From Chiloscyllium plagiosum (Eukaryota): a stretch of DNA of 64,000 bases. Shown here piece after piece: positions 11,106 through 23,068 of the stretch. How positions within the stretch are numbered: position 1 is the stretch's first letter; each line of letters begins with the position of its first letter. The position numbers and the translations under genes are program-made. Location: NCBI RefSeq assembly GCF_004010195.1, contig NC_057720.1:35018711-35082710 (forward strand). Reading direction: 5' to 3'. The notes under the pieces are model-generated. The model was not told the DNA's origin. It saw only the letters and a program-made list of their open reading frames with translations, and searched no databases.

Positions 11106-11371
11106 CCTAACCAATGTCCTGTACAGCCGCAACATGACCTCCCAACTCCTGTCCTCAATACTCTGACCAATAAAGGAAAGCATACCAAACGCTGCCTTCA
11201 CTATCCTATCTACCTGCGACTCCACTTTCAAGGAGCTATGAACCTGCACTCCAAGGTCTCTTTGTTCAGCAACACTCCCTAGGACCTTACCATTAAGCGT
11301 ATAAGTCCTGCTAAGATTTGCTTTCCCACAATGCAGCACCTCGCATTTATCTGAATTAAACTCCATCTGCC
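11106..11371 (-). mobile_element. CR1 ORF2 fragment
   Basis: MEFNSDKCEVLH...QRDLGVQVHSSLKV. Confidence 0.9.
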
Positions 11372-11463
11372 TGTTGGCTCAGAAAAGGAACTCGCGGAGA
11401 AATAATGCGGTCATTATTACTTGGTTTCGAGTCAAGCCTGTGATCAGTCAGAGATGATATTAC

Positions 11464-11594
11464 CTCTGGCGCCAGGTCTAATTGTGGTTTATCGGCTGTC
11501 CGTTTGCAGTACAGGCAGTAATTTTTGGATTTGTGCTCGAACACGAAGGAGACGTAGAACGGATGCGAGTCAGGGCTGGTCTGAAATCGTACTT
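11464..11594 (-). CDS. Penultimate coding exon of an IL-1-family (IL-18-like) cytokine gene; 131 nt, phase 1 to phase 0
   Basis: Unique, non-repeat sequence. Acceptor ctcttttgcttttcttgttag|AA and donor GAG|gtaata. Encodes (x)VRFQTSPDSHPFYVSFVFEHKSKNYCLYCKRTADKPQLDLAPE, which fits the IL-1-family beta4-beta7 segment (V-x-F...K-x-Y-x-L-x-C...K-P-x-L-x-L). Phase 1/0 introns around this exon are the conserved IL-1-family arrangement. Confidence 0.82.
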
Positions 11595-11855
11595 CTAACA
11601 AGAAAAGCAAAAGAGCAATCAGATCAAGGTGAGCCTAACCCGGCTTACCAGACACGTGCTGTGTTAAGGTACGGGCTTGGCACCAGTCCTGTCTCTTAAC
11701 GTTGGAAGCTGAGCGCCCCGGAGTAAATTTGAAAACGTATCCGGCCGAAGGAGGGTGGGGAGGGGTCGGTGGGGGACGCAGGGCCGAGGCAAGGACCCTT
11801 CAGATTTCAAACAGCCCACAGCGCTTTTGACCGCGGACTGCAGGGAGAGGGGGAG

Positions 11856-11925
11856 TGGCGCGGTGGCTCAGTGGTTAGCACCTCACAGGCACCCGGGTTT
11901 GATTCCAGCCTGTGTGTGTGGGGGG
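11856..11925 (+). mobile_element. HE1 SINE head running into the gap
   Basis: GCGGTGGCTCAGTGGTTAGCAC...GGGTTTGATTCCAGCC. Confidence 0.75.
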
Positions 11926-12425
11926 NNNNNNNNNNNNNNNNNNNNNNNNNNNNNNNNNNNNNNNNNNNNNNNNNNNNNNNNNNNNNNNNNNNNNNNNNNN
12001 NNNNNNNNNNNNNNNNNNNNNNNNNNNNNNNNNNNNNNNNNNNNNNNNNNNNNNNNNNNNNNNNNNNNNNNNNNNNNNNNNNNNNNNNNNNNNNNNNNNN
12101 NNNNNNNNNNNNNNNNNNNNNNNNNNNNNNNNNNNNNNNNNNNNNNNNNNNNNNNNNNNNNNNNNNNNNNNNNNNNNNNNNNNNNNNNNNNNNNNNNNNN
12201 NNNNNNNNNNNNNNNNNNNNNNNNNNNNNNNNNNNNNNNNNNNNNNNNNNNNNNNNNNNNNNNNNNNNNNNNNNNNNNNNNNNNNNNNNNNNNNNNNNNN
12301 NNNNNNNNNNNNNNNNNNNNNNNNNNNNNNNNNNNNNNNNNNNNNNNNNNNNNNNNNNNNNNNNNNNNNNNNNNNNNNNNNNNNNNNNNNNNNNNNNNNN
12401 NNNNNNNNNNNNNNNNNNNNNNNNN
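11926..12425. other. Assembly gap, exactly 500 N
   Basis: Counted from coordinates. Confidence 0.99.
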
Positions 12426-13097
12426 CCAAGGGATCCTTCCATATCTGCCACAAATTCACTTGCACCTCCACACATACTATTTACTGCCTCTGCTGTGGCC
12501 TCCTCTATATTGGGGAGACAGGCCGTCTACTTGCAGAACGTTTCAGAGAACACCTCTGAGACACCTGGACCAACCAACCCAACCACCCCGTGGTTCAACA
12601 CTTCAACTCCCCCTCCCACTCCACCAAGGACATGCAAGTCCTTGGACTCCTCCATCGCCAGACCATAGCAACACGAAGGCTGGAGGATGAGCACCTCATC
12701 TTCCACCTAGGAACCCTCTAACCACAAGGGATGAACTCAGATTTCTCCAGTTTCCTCATTTCTCCTCCTCCCACCTTGTCTCAGTCCCAACCCTCGAACT
12801 CAGTACCACCTTCTTAACCTGCAATCTTCTTCCTGACCTCTCCGCCTCTACCCCCACTCCGGCCTATCACCCTCACTTTAACCTCCTTCCACCTATCGCA
12901 TTTCCAATGCCCGTCCCCCAAGTCCCTCCTCCCTACCTTTTATCTTAGCCTGCTTGGCACACTTTCCTCATTCCTGAAGAAGGGCTCATGCCCAAAACGT
13001 CAATTCGCCTGCTCCTTGGATGCTGCCTGACCTGCTGCGTTTTTCCAGCAACACATTTTCAGCTCTGATCTCCAGCATCTGCAGTCCTCACTTTCTC
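12426..13097 (+). mobile_element. PLE 3' part: GIY-YIG endonuclease plus terminal repeat (Neptune-like)
   Basis: FTCTSTHTIYC..CGLLYIGETGRLLAERFREHL...QHFNSPSH...LIFHLGTL.PQGMN with stops; hammerhead-like core at 12974-13001. Confidence 0.9.
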
Positions 13098-13545
13098 CCT
13101 TCCCACTCCGCCAAGGACATGCAGGCTCTGGGTCTCCTCTATCCACACCCTATCCACCTGATGCTTGGAGGAAGAACACCTCATCTTCTGCCTTGGGACC
13201 CTTCAACCATATGGTATGAATGTGTATTTCATCAGTTTCCTCATTTCTCCACCCCCCATTTATCCCAGTTCCAACTCAGCACTGTCCTCATAACCTGTCT
13301 ATCTTCCTTCCCACCTATATGCCCCACCCTACTCTCCAACATATCACCATTACCCCCACCTTTGTCTACCTATCGCACTCTCAGTTACCTTACCCCCAGA
13401 CCCACCTCTTTCTTATTTATCTGTCCACTCCCCTCAGCTCACAAGCATCATTCCTGATGAAGAGCCGATGCCCGAAACGTCAATCCTCCTGCTCCTCAGA
13501 TGCTGCTTGACCTGCTGTACTTTTCCAGCACCCCACTCTCGACTC
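13098..13545 (+). mobile_element. Second PLE 3' fragment in tandem
   Basis: Endonuclease C-terminus again (PSHSAKDMQALGLL...), then a terminal repeat with CTGATGA...GAAACGTC at 13454-13481. Confidence 0.85.
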
Positions 13546-13567
13546 AGTATCAAATCTGTTCATTTCA

Positions 13568-14025
13568 TGGGTTGGGGGATTTGAGCTAAAGGGAGAGATT
13601 GAATAGGCTAAGGCTGTTTTCCCTGGAGCGTCGGAGGCTGAAGGGTGACCTCATAGAGGTTTATAAAATCATGAGGGGCATGGATAGAATAAATAAACAA
13701 GGTCATTTTCTTGGGGTGGGGTAGTCCAGAACTAGAGGGTATAAGTTTAGGGTGAGAGGGGAAGGATATAAAAGCGTCCTAAGGGGCAACGTTTTCACGC
13801 AGAGAGTGGTGTGTGTATGGAATGAGCTGCCAGAGGAAGTGGTGGAGGCTGGTATAATTGCAACATTCAAAAGGCATCTGGATGGGTATATGAATAGGAA
13901 GTGTTTGGAGGATTGTGGGCCAAGTGCTGGCAAATGGGACTAGATTGGGTTGGGATAGCTAGTCAGCATGAATGAGTTGGACCGAAGGGTCTGTTTTCAT
14001 GCTATACATCTCTATGGCTCTATGT
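13568..14025 (+). mobile_element. CR1 3' fragment
   Basis: ORF 13752-13943; ctctatgg tail. Confidence 0.9.
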
Positions 14026-15099
14026 ATTCATTCCAGTTATTTGGCATTTACAGAGAAGATGGATCAGATAATGTTACCTAATTCATTACAAACTTTTCAG
14101 AATAGAAACACTGCATTGTGGATATTCACTAAATTTCTTATTCCAAATCCTAACCCATTTACCTGTGACTCCCAACTCACAGTACCTAACCCTACTCTCC
14201 ACACCCTCCAAAAGCATAATCATGTTTTGTTTCATAACTTATAATCACACAAAGTTCCAACATTTACCTGGTCAGAATATCAGAAGAATATACATAGTTC
14301 TCAATGTCACATGAACAGTTAAGGATCAAAGTACTTTGTGTGATGTGAGCAAGAGAATTTAGTTCACTAGAAGTTACAACTCAACTATTTAACAACTGCA
14401 GTGAAAGCAGCAGGGTTTGTTATAAAACAACTCAGTTTCTGAGGAGAAAGGCATTTCTATTCAGTTAATAAAAATGTTCAGTCATCAGATAAAGTTAAGT
14501 GCTGCACTGTAGGACTCTTCACTAATCATTAACCATTTCCTTTGCATTATTTCAGGAACCATTATTCTTCCTTTCTTCACAGCCTACTTTCCTCATCTGG
14601 AGTCATTTATCTGTTTGTGAACTGTCTATTTGTGACTATAAGAGATTGAGTTTGTTCTATTGTTTGCTCAATTTTATTTTCACAAGAAGTTTCAAAGTGA
14701 AGTGTAAACACTGTTATCTTTGGCATTGGGATTTACCCCTCCTATGAAAAGACCAGACTTTTCCTCTTCTGTAATGTAGGGCCTTTCATTCATAGATAAA
14801 CTCAGTAAAATTGCTTGGGGAAGAAAAACTCATTATTTTTAATTTAACCACACCAAAATTAAAGAATAATATGATGCAATTGTATATATATATTGCCATG
14901 ACAATTGTAGCTATATGCAATTGCAACAAAGCCGGCACCAAGCAAAAACTTGGAAATTATTTGATTTGGCTTCAGTTTCCATAATATTTTGCTTTTATAT
15001 TGACTGAATGTAAAAACATTAAAATGTCTTTTTTTCTTACTCTTAAACAGACTAATGCCTAAAAAAAGGTGACGGTGGAATTTACTGTGATGAATTAGA

Positions 15100-15585
15100 C
15101 TGTGACATAAGGAGATAAGCACTCTTGAACCTGCTCCACCAATCAGTGTGATCATGATCTGATGTGGACTGAGCTTCATTCTTCTGTCTATCCCTCATAG
15201 CCCTTGACTCATTTGTGGATCAAAAAGCTGTCCAACTGAGCCTTGAATATATTCAACAACACAGCCACCACTACCCACTGCGGGGAGAGAATTGCAAACA
15301 CTAAAAGCATCTGAGAGAAGGAAGTTCTCCTCACCCTAAATAGGAAACCCCTTAATTTGAAATTATACCCCTCGTTCTTTGATTCTCTGACTTAATGAAA
15401 TATCCTCCCAGCTTCAGCCTGTCAATTCCCTTCCTAATTTAAAATGTTTCAGTAAGATTACCGCGCGTCCTTCCAAACTGCAATGAGTACCAGACCATTC
15501 TGTTCAACCTCTCCTCGTAAGACAATCTCTTCATTCCAGAAATCCGACCTGTTAATCATCTTTGAATTGTTTCCAATCTAAGTAA
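15100..15585 (-). mobile_element. Old CR1 3' fragment
   Basis: Degenerate CR1 3' end (agccttgaatatattcaac, gagagaagg...tcctc). Confidence 0.65.
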
Positions 15586-15589
15586 TTCA

Positions 15590-16632
15590 AAGTGAGGGAA
15601 CCGTGGCTTACTAAAGACGCTGAAGCTCATGTCAAGAGGAAGAAGGAGGCTTACATAAAGATGAGACGTGAAGAATCAGTTAGGGTACTTGAGTATAGCA
15701 ATTTGCCAGGAAGGACTGAAAGAGAGAGCTGAGAAGAGCCAGAAGGGGACATGAGAAGTCTTTGGGAGGTAGGATCAAGGAAAACTCTAAAGCTTTCTGC
15801 AGCTATCTCAGGGAGAAAAAAATGACTAGTGTAAGATTAGGACCTGTCAAGGACAGTAGTGGAAAGTTGTGCTTGGAGTCTGAAGAGATAGGAGAGGCGC
15901 TAAATGAATTTTTTTTTGTCAGTATTCACACTGGAAAAAGACAATGTTGCTGAGGAGAATACTGAGATACAGGCTATTGAACTAGATGGAATTGAGGTTC
16001 ATAAGGAGGAGGTGTTAGCAATTCTGACAGTGTGAAAATACACAAGTCCCCTGGGCCAGATCGGATTTATCCTAGGATTCTCTCAGAAGCTAGAGAAGAG
16101 ATTGCAGAGACTTTGGCTTTGATCTTTATGTCGTCGTTGTCTACAGAAATAGTGCCAGAAGACTGGAGGATAGCAAATGTTGTTCCCTTGTTCAAGAGGG
16201 ACAACCCTGGTAATTACAGACCAATTAGCCTTACTTCAGTTGTGGGTAAAGTGTTGGAAAGGATTATGAGAGATAAGATTTATAATCATCGAGAATGAAA
16301 CAACTTGATTAGGGATAGTCAACATGGTTTTATGAAGGGTAGGTTGTGCCTCACAAACCTTATTGAGTTCTTTGAGGTAGTGTGAGGGTAAAGCAGTTGA
16401 TGTGGTGAATATGTATTTCAGTAAAGTGTTTGATAAAGTTCCCCACAGTAGGCTACTGCACAAAATACAAAGGCATGGAATTGAGGGTGATTTAGCAGTT
16501 TGGATCAGAAATTGGTTCATTGAAAGAATACAAAGGGTGGTGGTAGATGGGAAATATTCACCCTGGAGATCAGTTACTAGTTGTATCCCACAAGGATCTG
16601 TTTTGGGGCCACGGCTGTTTGTCGTTTTTATA
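15590..16632 (+). mobile_element. CR1 ORF2 middle and RT fragment
   Basis: KSPGPDRIYPRIL, VPEDWRIANVVPLFK, PGNYRPISLTS, QGSVLGP. Confidence 0.92.
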
Positions 16633-16989
16633 TGTACACCTGCAGCTGATGTCAAATGTATAGTTGCCAGCCAATCATAACAATTTGGCTGCAAATACTT
16701 GATGAATTTAAAACAGTGTGATGTCATGGTGGGGTCCCTACCTCTGAGCTGTAAGGCCCCAGGTTCAAGCCCCACCTACTCCAGAGCAGTGTAATAACAT
16801 CTCTGAACATGTTGATTAGGGGGGAAAATAAGCAGTATACACCAAATCTTATAATGTGACGAGGAAAAACAGAAAATACTCAGGAAGTCAGGCAGTACCT
16901 GTGGTAAAAGAAATAGATTTAGCATTTCAGATTGGTGACCTTTCATCAGGACTGGAAGGATGGAATAGGTTTTAGCAAAGTTGGGAGAA

Positions 16990-18972
16990 ATTGAAGTTCT
17001 AAATTGGAGGAAGGCCAATTTTGACGGTACTTGGCCAGGACTTTCGAAAGCTGACTGGGGGCAGATGTTTTCAAGTAAAGGGACAGCTGGAAAATAGGAA
17101 GCCTTCAGAAATGAGATAACGAGAGTCCAGAGAAAGTATATTTCTGTGAGGGTGAAGGAAAGGCTGGTAGGTATAGGGAATGCTGGATGACTAAAGAAAT
17201 TGAGGGTTTGGTTAAAATAAAAAGGAAGCATATGTCAGGTATAAACAGGATAGATCAAGTGAATCCTTAGAAGATTATAAAGGCAGTAGGAGTATACTTA
17301 AGAGAGAAATCAGGAGGGCAAAAAGGTGACATGAGATATCTTTTGCAAACAGAATTAAGGAGAATCCAAAGGGTTTTTACAAATACATTAAGGACAAAAG
17401 GGTAGCTAGGGAGAGAATAGGATCCCTCAAAAATCAGCAAGGTGACCTTTGTATGGAGTCACAGGAAATGGGGGCAATACTAAATGAGTATTTGCATCAG
17501 TATTTATTGTGGAAAAGGATATGGAAGATAATGAATGTAGGGAAATAAATGGTGACATCTTGCAAAATGTCCATATTACAGAGGAGGAAGTGCTGGATGG
17601 CTTGAAACACATAAAAGTGGATAAACCCCCAGGGCCTGATCAGGTGTACACTAGAACTCTGTGGGAAGCTAGAGAGGTGATTGTTGGACCTCTTGCTGAG
17701 ATATTTGTATCATCGATAGTCACAGGTGAGGTGCCGGAAGACTGGAGGTTGGAAAACATAGTGCCGCTGTTTAAGAAAGTTGGTAGGGACCAGCCAGGGA
17801 ACTGTAGACCACTGAGTCTGATGTCGGTGGTGGGCAAGGTGTTGGAGGGAATCATGAGGGATAGGATGTATATGTATTTGGAAAGGCAAGCACTGATCAG
17901 GGATAGTCAATATGGCTTTGTGCATGGGACATCATGTCTCACAAACTTGATTGAGTTTTTTGAAGAAGTAACAAAGAGGATTGATGAGGGCAGTGCGGTA
18001 GATGTGATCTATATGGATTTCAACAAGGTTCGACAAGGTTCCCATGGGAGACTGGTTAGCAAGGTTAGATCTCTTGGAATACAGAGAGAACTCATTATTT
18101 GAATACAGAACTGGCTCAAAGGTAGGAGACAGAGAGTGGTGGTGGAGGGTTGTTTTTCAGACTGGAGGCCTGTGACCAGTGGAGTGCCACAAGGATCGGT
18201 GCTGGATCCACTACTTTACATCAATTATATAAATGATTTGGATGTGAGTATAAGAGGTATAGTTAGTAAGTTTGCAGATGACACCAAAATTGGAGGTGTA
18301 GTGGACAGCGAAGAGGGTTACCTCAGATTACAACAGAATCTTGATCAGATGGGCCAATGGACTGAGAAGTGGCAGATGGAGTTTAATTCAGATAAATGTG
18401 AGGTGCTGCATTTTGGGAAAGCAAATCTTAGCAGGACTTATACACTTAATGGTAAGGTCCTAGAGAGTGTGTCTGGACAAAGAGACCTTGGTGTGCAGAT
18501 TCATAGCTCCTTGAAAGTAAAGGGTAGGTAGGTAGGAAGTGAAGAAGGCGTTTGGTATGCTTTCCTTTATTGGTCAGAGTATTGAGTACAGGAGTTGGGA
18601 GGTCATGTTGCAGCTGTACAAGACATTGGTTAGGCCACTTTTCGAAAATTTTGTGCAATTCTGGGTCTCCTTCCTATCGGAAAGATATTGTGAAACTTGA
18701 AAGGGTTCAGAAAAGATTTACAAGGATGTTATCTGATTTGGAGGATTTGAGCTATGGAGAGAGATTGAATTGGCTGGCGCTGTTTTCCCTGGAGCATCGG
18801 AGTCTGAGCGGTGACCTTATAGAGGTTTATAAAATCATGAGGTGCGTGGATAGGATAAATAGATAAGTCTTTTCCCTGGGGTGGGTGAGTCCAGAACTAG
18901 AGGGCATAGGTTTAGGGTGAGAGGAGAAAGATATAAAAGAGACCTAAGGAGCAACTTATTCACGCAGAGGGT
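16990..18972 (+). mobile_element. CR1/HER1-type LINE ORF2 (~2 kb), disrupted
   Basis: ORFs 17509-18102, 18136-18531 and 18552-18866 with RT motifs (QGSVL, FADD). Confidence 0.95.
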
Positions 18973-19410
18973 TTCATATTTACTTAATCTATCTACATCT
19001 CTTTGCAGACTTGCTACGTTCTCCAAACAACTTGCATTCCTATTTATTTTTGTATCATCAGCAAATTTACTTGGAATGCAGCTAAACCTCATATCCAAAT
19101 CATTAATTTGGATTTTAAATAACTGAAGGCTCTGCACGGATTCTTGTGGCACTCCACTTACAGTTTTGTTCTGATGCTTAATTGAATTTTTTTTTGAAAT
19201 CCAAATATATTGCATCTATTTATTCCCCTTAATTCACTCCATTTGCTAAATTCTCAAAAACTCTAACAAATTTATCAAACGTTATCTCCCTTTCTCAAAA
19301 CTATGTTGACTCTGCCTGTTGTTCTGATGATTTTCTAAACATCCTGCTACTTTAAAAATGGATGGTGGAATTTTTCCCAGAGACAGATATTAGGTTGACT
19401 GGTTTTATGC
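18973..19410 (-). mobile_element. Old CR1 RT fragment
   Basis: SGVPQES...INDLD...SKFADDTKI in ORF 18835-19215. Confidence 0.8.
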
Positions 19411-19562
19411 TTCAGGATTAGAGTGGTGCTGGAAAAGCACAGCAAGTCAGGCAGCATCTTAAATTATAAAGCTTATTGTCTAATGATCTAAAAATGAGGC
19501 TGAGCAGTCAACCTTCTCATCAACCCTCCTACCCACCATCCCTTGACCCATTGTTCCTACAG

Positions 19563-19735
19563 AGAGAAAGTGAGGACTGCAGATGCTGGAGAGTCAGATT
19601 CGAAGGTGTAGTGCTGGAGAAAAGCACAGCAGGTCAGGCAGCATCCAAGGAACTCATGCCGGAAATGTCAACTCTTCTGCTCCTTGGATGCTGCCTGACC
19701 TGCTGTGCTTTACCAGCGCCTCACTTTTCGACCAC
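19563..19735. mobile_element. PLE-derived hairpin with central deletion
   Basis: AAAGCACAGCAGGTCAGGCAGCATCCAAGGA followed by its reverse complement. Confidence 0.8.
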
Positions 19736-20473
19736 TAAAGTACAATCTTCAGGTCCTTCTGTCCCAAGAGCTCACCAGCTACCCAATTTGAGGGCCAAAT
19801 CTTCTGAAACTATGTTCTGTTTTTGAGAAAGTTAGTTGTTCTTATCTCTTTAATGATAGATTTCCAAACAAAGCGGAAATGCTGTTGGCATGTTTGGGTT
19901 TTTGATTTCCTGAATCATTTCTGTGAAGAAAATGGCTATTGTATTTAGTGGTGCGATTAAAGCAAAACCAATTGGCAAACTGTAAGAAAAACCATATACT
20001 GCAGTCAGTAACAATGTTGTCCTCAAATAGAGATAATGAAATGTATGATGTGTGAATTCACCTCAGTTGAGTCAGATCTGGAAAGATGAATGGCACGAGA
20101 TATTCAAGTATATCCTGATGTACAACTAACTCCATTCCTCATATATTTTCCTTCATCTACTCTGCGCATCACTCCTCATGCCAGTTTACCTTGCATTGTA
20201 CCCATCCTTCTCTGTCTAGGCACTTACTCACAACCCTATCAGGCCATCATACGCAACTGAAATTCAGTATCATCTTAAAAAGTGACCCTCACAAGTATTG
20301 TACTTAATACACTGCTTTACTTTCACTCATAGGCTGGATTTTCCCAGCTCTATTTGCACAGGGATAACTGGGAAAGTTCAGGGAACTTCACTGGCGTGTT
20401 CTGCTTATGCATGAGATCTTCCCCAAGAATGAGCTGGGAATCAGAATGGCTGCCTGCTCCAAAGATGTGGGCA

Positions 20474-20692
20474 GAAAGTGAGGTCTGCAGATGCTGGAGA
20501 TCAGAGATGGAAATGTGTTGCTGGAAAAGCGCAGCAGGTCAGGCAGCATCTAGGGAACAGGAGAATCGACGTTTCGGGCATTAGCCCTTCTTCAGGAATC
20601 ATTCCTGAAGAAGGGCTAATGCCCGAAACGTCGATTCTGCTGTTCCCTAGATGCTGCCTGACCTGCTGCGCTTTTCCAGCAACACATTTCCA
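20474..20692. mobile_element. PLE-derived hairpin element with a 15-bp flanking direct repeat
   Basis: 92-nt arms at 20508-20599 and 20601-20692 with one mismatch; CCAAAGATGTGGGCA at 20459-20473 and 20693-20707. Confidence 0.92.
20601..20636 (+). ncRNA. Minimal hammerhead ribozyme motif (mirror copy on the minus strand at ~20564-20599)
   Basis: CTGAAGA-A-GGGC-TAAT-GCCC-GAAAC-GTC: hammerhead core, 4-bp stem II, palindromic ACGT in place of helix III. Confidence 0.7.
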
Positions 20693-21589
20693 CCAAAGAT
20701 GTGGGCAACCAACTTGTCCAATTAGGTCATCAAGTATGGATCATTTTGATACAGCAATGGCATTATACAGATATCGAAGTGGTCTTTCAGCCTGTGAGGA
20801 AGCAACCAGCTCAATTGAGATAAGGAAATCCACCGAAAGGTCTCTTCTTTTCCTCCTTGCTGGAGGAAGGAATACAAGACATCAGAGATAGGCCAAGAAT
20901 TGAAGGTAGTCCTCCAGCTATCCGCATACTGACAGCAATAGAGAAGGAGGCTAAGTGTCAATAAGTGTCCCCATTGGTGATGTCAAACAGGAAAAATGGG
21001 AATCTTCAGCCACACACGGTCACAGGGCATGTATCACTCAGTCATGTTGACTGGATGCCAGCAACCAGTGTAAAAGATTCCTGTGCACAATGATGACAGT
21101 TTTAAATCATGCCCTTCTGCTCCTACATGCTCAGCAAACATCCTGCAGGAGAAAGACGAAGATTCCTCAACAGAGATCACTCACTTTGAGGATGTAGAAT
21201 TGCAGGACTTGTAGACACTATCAAACAGTTCAGATACAGATGTTTTAGCTCAGCAAGATTGAGAGTTGTGTTCTTAAACTTCATCATGGTATTTAATGCC
21301 CTTCTCTGAGATCAGTTTACAGGGAAAAACAATTTAATTGGGTGAGTTGGTGCTGGGTGGGAACCATCAAACAATTAGCATCAATTTGAGTCTAAATTAA
21401 TTACGGCTGGTTGGGTTGTGCAGGCATTTTGGCTTATCCTTGTAATGAGGCTGGCGTATTTCTGAATACATGTTCACTTTTTTTTGATTGACACATACTT
21501 GTATGGAACTTACTGATAAATTTTATGCCATACAGATCAAGCAAAATGCATGTCATACCTGAAATATCTTTGGAACCCTTCTGAGGGCA

Positions 21590-21712
21590 AAAGCAAATTG
21601 CTGGAAATCTGGAAAACAAACAGAAAGTAGTCAACAGGTCAGGCGGCATCTGTGGACAGGTAAAGGTTAACATAATAATAATGTGTGATAATGACTCTTC
21701 ATCAGAACTGAG
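21590..21712 (-). mobile_element. Older PLE terminal-repeat fragment
   Basis: aaattgctggaaatctgg...caggtcaggcggcatctgtgg...cttcatcagaac. Confidence 0.6.
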
Positions 21713-21909
21713 GACACATCAGAAGATAATAGATATTGACGGGAGAGGAAGAATCAAATGGAAGGTCAGTGCAAAAGATATCGAGCGGAAGAGGTCAACT
21801 GATTAAAGATTTTGTGGTGAGGGTTAAGAAACAAAAAGATGTGTCCAGATGTGATATCAGTTATCTGAATGAAAAGTAAATGAATAAAAGAAATAAGACA
21901 AATGGAAGT

Positions 21910-23068
21910 GAGTCATAGACTCATAGAGATGTACAGCATGGAAACAGACCCTTTGGTCCAACCCGGCTATGCCAACCAGATATCCCAATCCAATTTAGTC
22001 CTACCTGCCAGCACCCGGCCCATATCCCTCCAAACCCTTCCTATTCATATACCCATCCAAATGCCTCTTAAATGTTGCAATTGTACTAGCCTCCACCACA
22101 TCCTCTGGCAGCTCATTCCATACACATACCACACTCTGCATGAAAAAGTTGCCCCTTAGGTCTCTTTTATATCTTTCCCTTCTCACCCTAAACCTAAGCC
22201 CTCTAGTTCTGGACTCCACGACCCCAGGGAAAAGACTTTGCCTATTTATCCTATCCATGTCCCTCATAATTTTGTAAACCTCTATAAGGTCACCCCTTAT
22301 TTTTCAACGCTCCAGGGAAAACAGACCCAGCCTGTTCAGCCTCTCCCTGTAGCTCAGATCCTCCAACCCTGACAACATCCTTGTAAATCTTTTCTGAACC
22401 CTTTCAAGTTTCACAATATCTTTCCGATCGGAAGGAGACCAGAATTGCATGCAATATTCCAACAGTGGCCTAACCAATGTCCTGTACAGCCGCAATATGA
22501 CCTCCCAAATTCCTGTACTCAATACTCTGACCAATAAAGGAAAGCATACCAAACACCTTCTTCACTATCCTATCTACCTGCGACTCCACTTTCAAGGTGC
22601 TATGAACCTGCATTCCAAGGTCTCTTTGTTCAGCAACACTCCCTTGGGCCTGACCATTAAGTGTATAACTTCTACTAAGGTTTGCTTTCCCAACATGCAG
22701 CACCTCACATTTATCTGAATTAAACTCCATCTGCCATTTCTCAGCTCATTGGCTCATCTGGTCCAGATCATGTTGTAATCTGAGGTAATCCTCTTCGCTG
22801 TTCACTAACCTCCAATTTTGGTGTCATCTACAAACTTACTAACTGTACCTCTTATGCTCGCATCAAAATCATTTATATAAATGACAAAAAGTAGAGGATC
22901 CAGTACTGATCCTTGTGGCACTCCACTGGTTACAGGCCTCCAGTCTGAAAAACAACCCTCCGCCACCACTCTCTGTCTCTACCTTTGAGCCAGTTCTGTA
23001 TCCAAATGGCTAGTTCTCCCTGTATTCCATGAGATCTAACCTTGCTAATCAGTCTCCCGTGGGGAATG
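21910..23068 (-). mobile_element. CR1/HER1-type LINE, 5' truncated
   Basis: ORFs 22001-22267, 22304-22552 and 22470-22730; (CTATGACT)-type tail. Confidence 0.95.

Noticed and set aside
11649..11838. Minus-strand segment with a good acceptor and TG|gtaagc donor as the next upstream cytokine exon
   Set aside because: The intron would be only 54 nt, the required frame contains a TGA, and the peptide is not IL-1-like.
11755..12690. Long ORFs of 200-500 aa here and at 28546-30184 and 59275-60166
   Set aside because: Their length comes from N gaps translated as X.
15051..15068. Micro-exon-like ATGCCTAAAAAAAG|gt and isolated donors at ~24125 and ~14268
   Set aside because: No partner exons or recognisable protein; expected by chance in AT-rich DNA.
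20508..20692. Hairpin as a miRNA precursor or DNA-transposon MITE
   Set aside because: The arms are the same sequence that follows PLE RT and endonuclease ORFs at 12970 and 30120, so it is PLE-derived.
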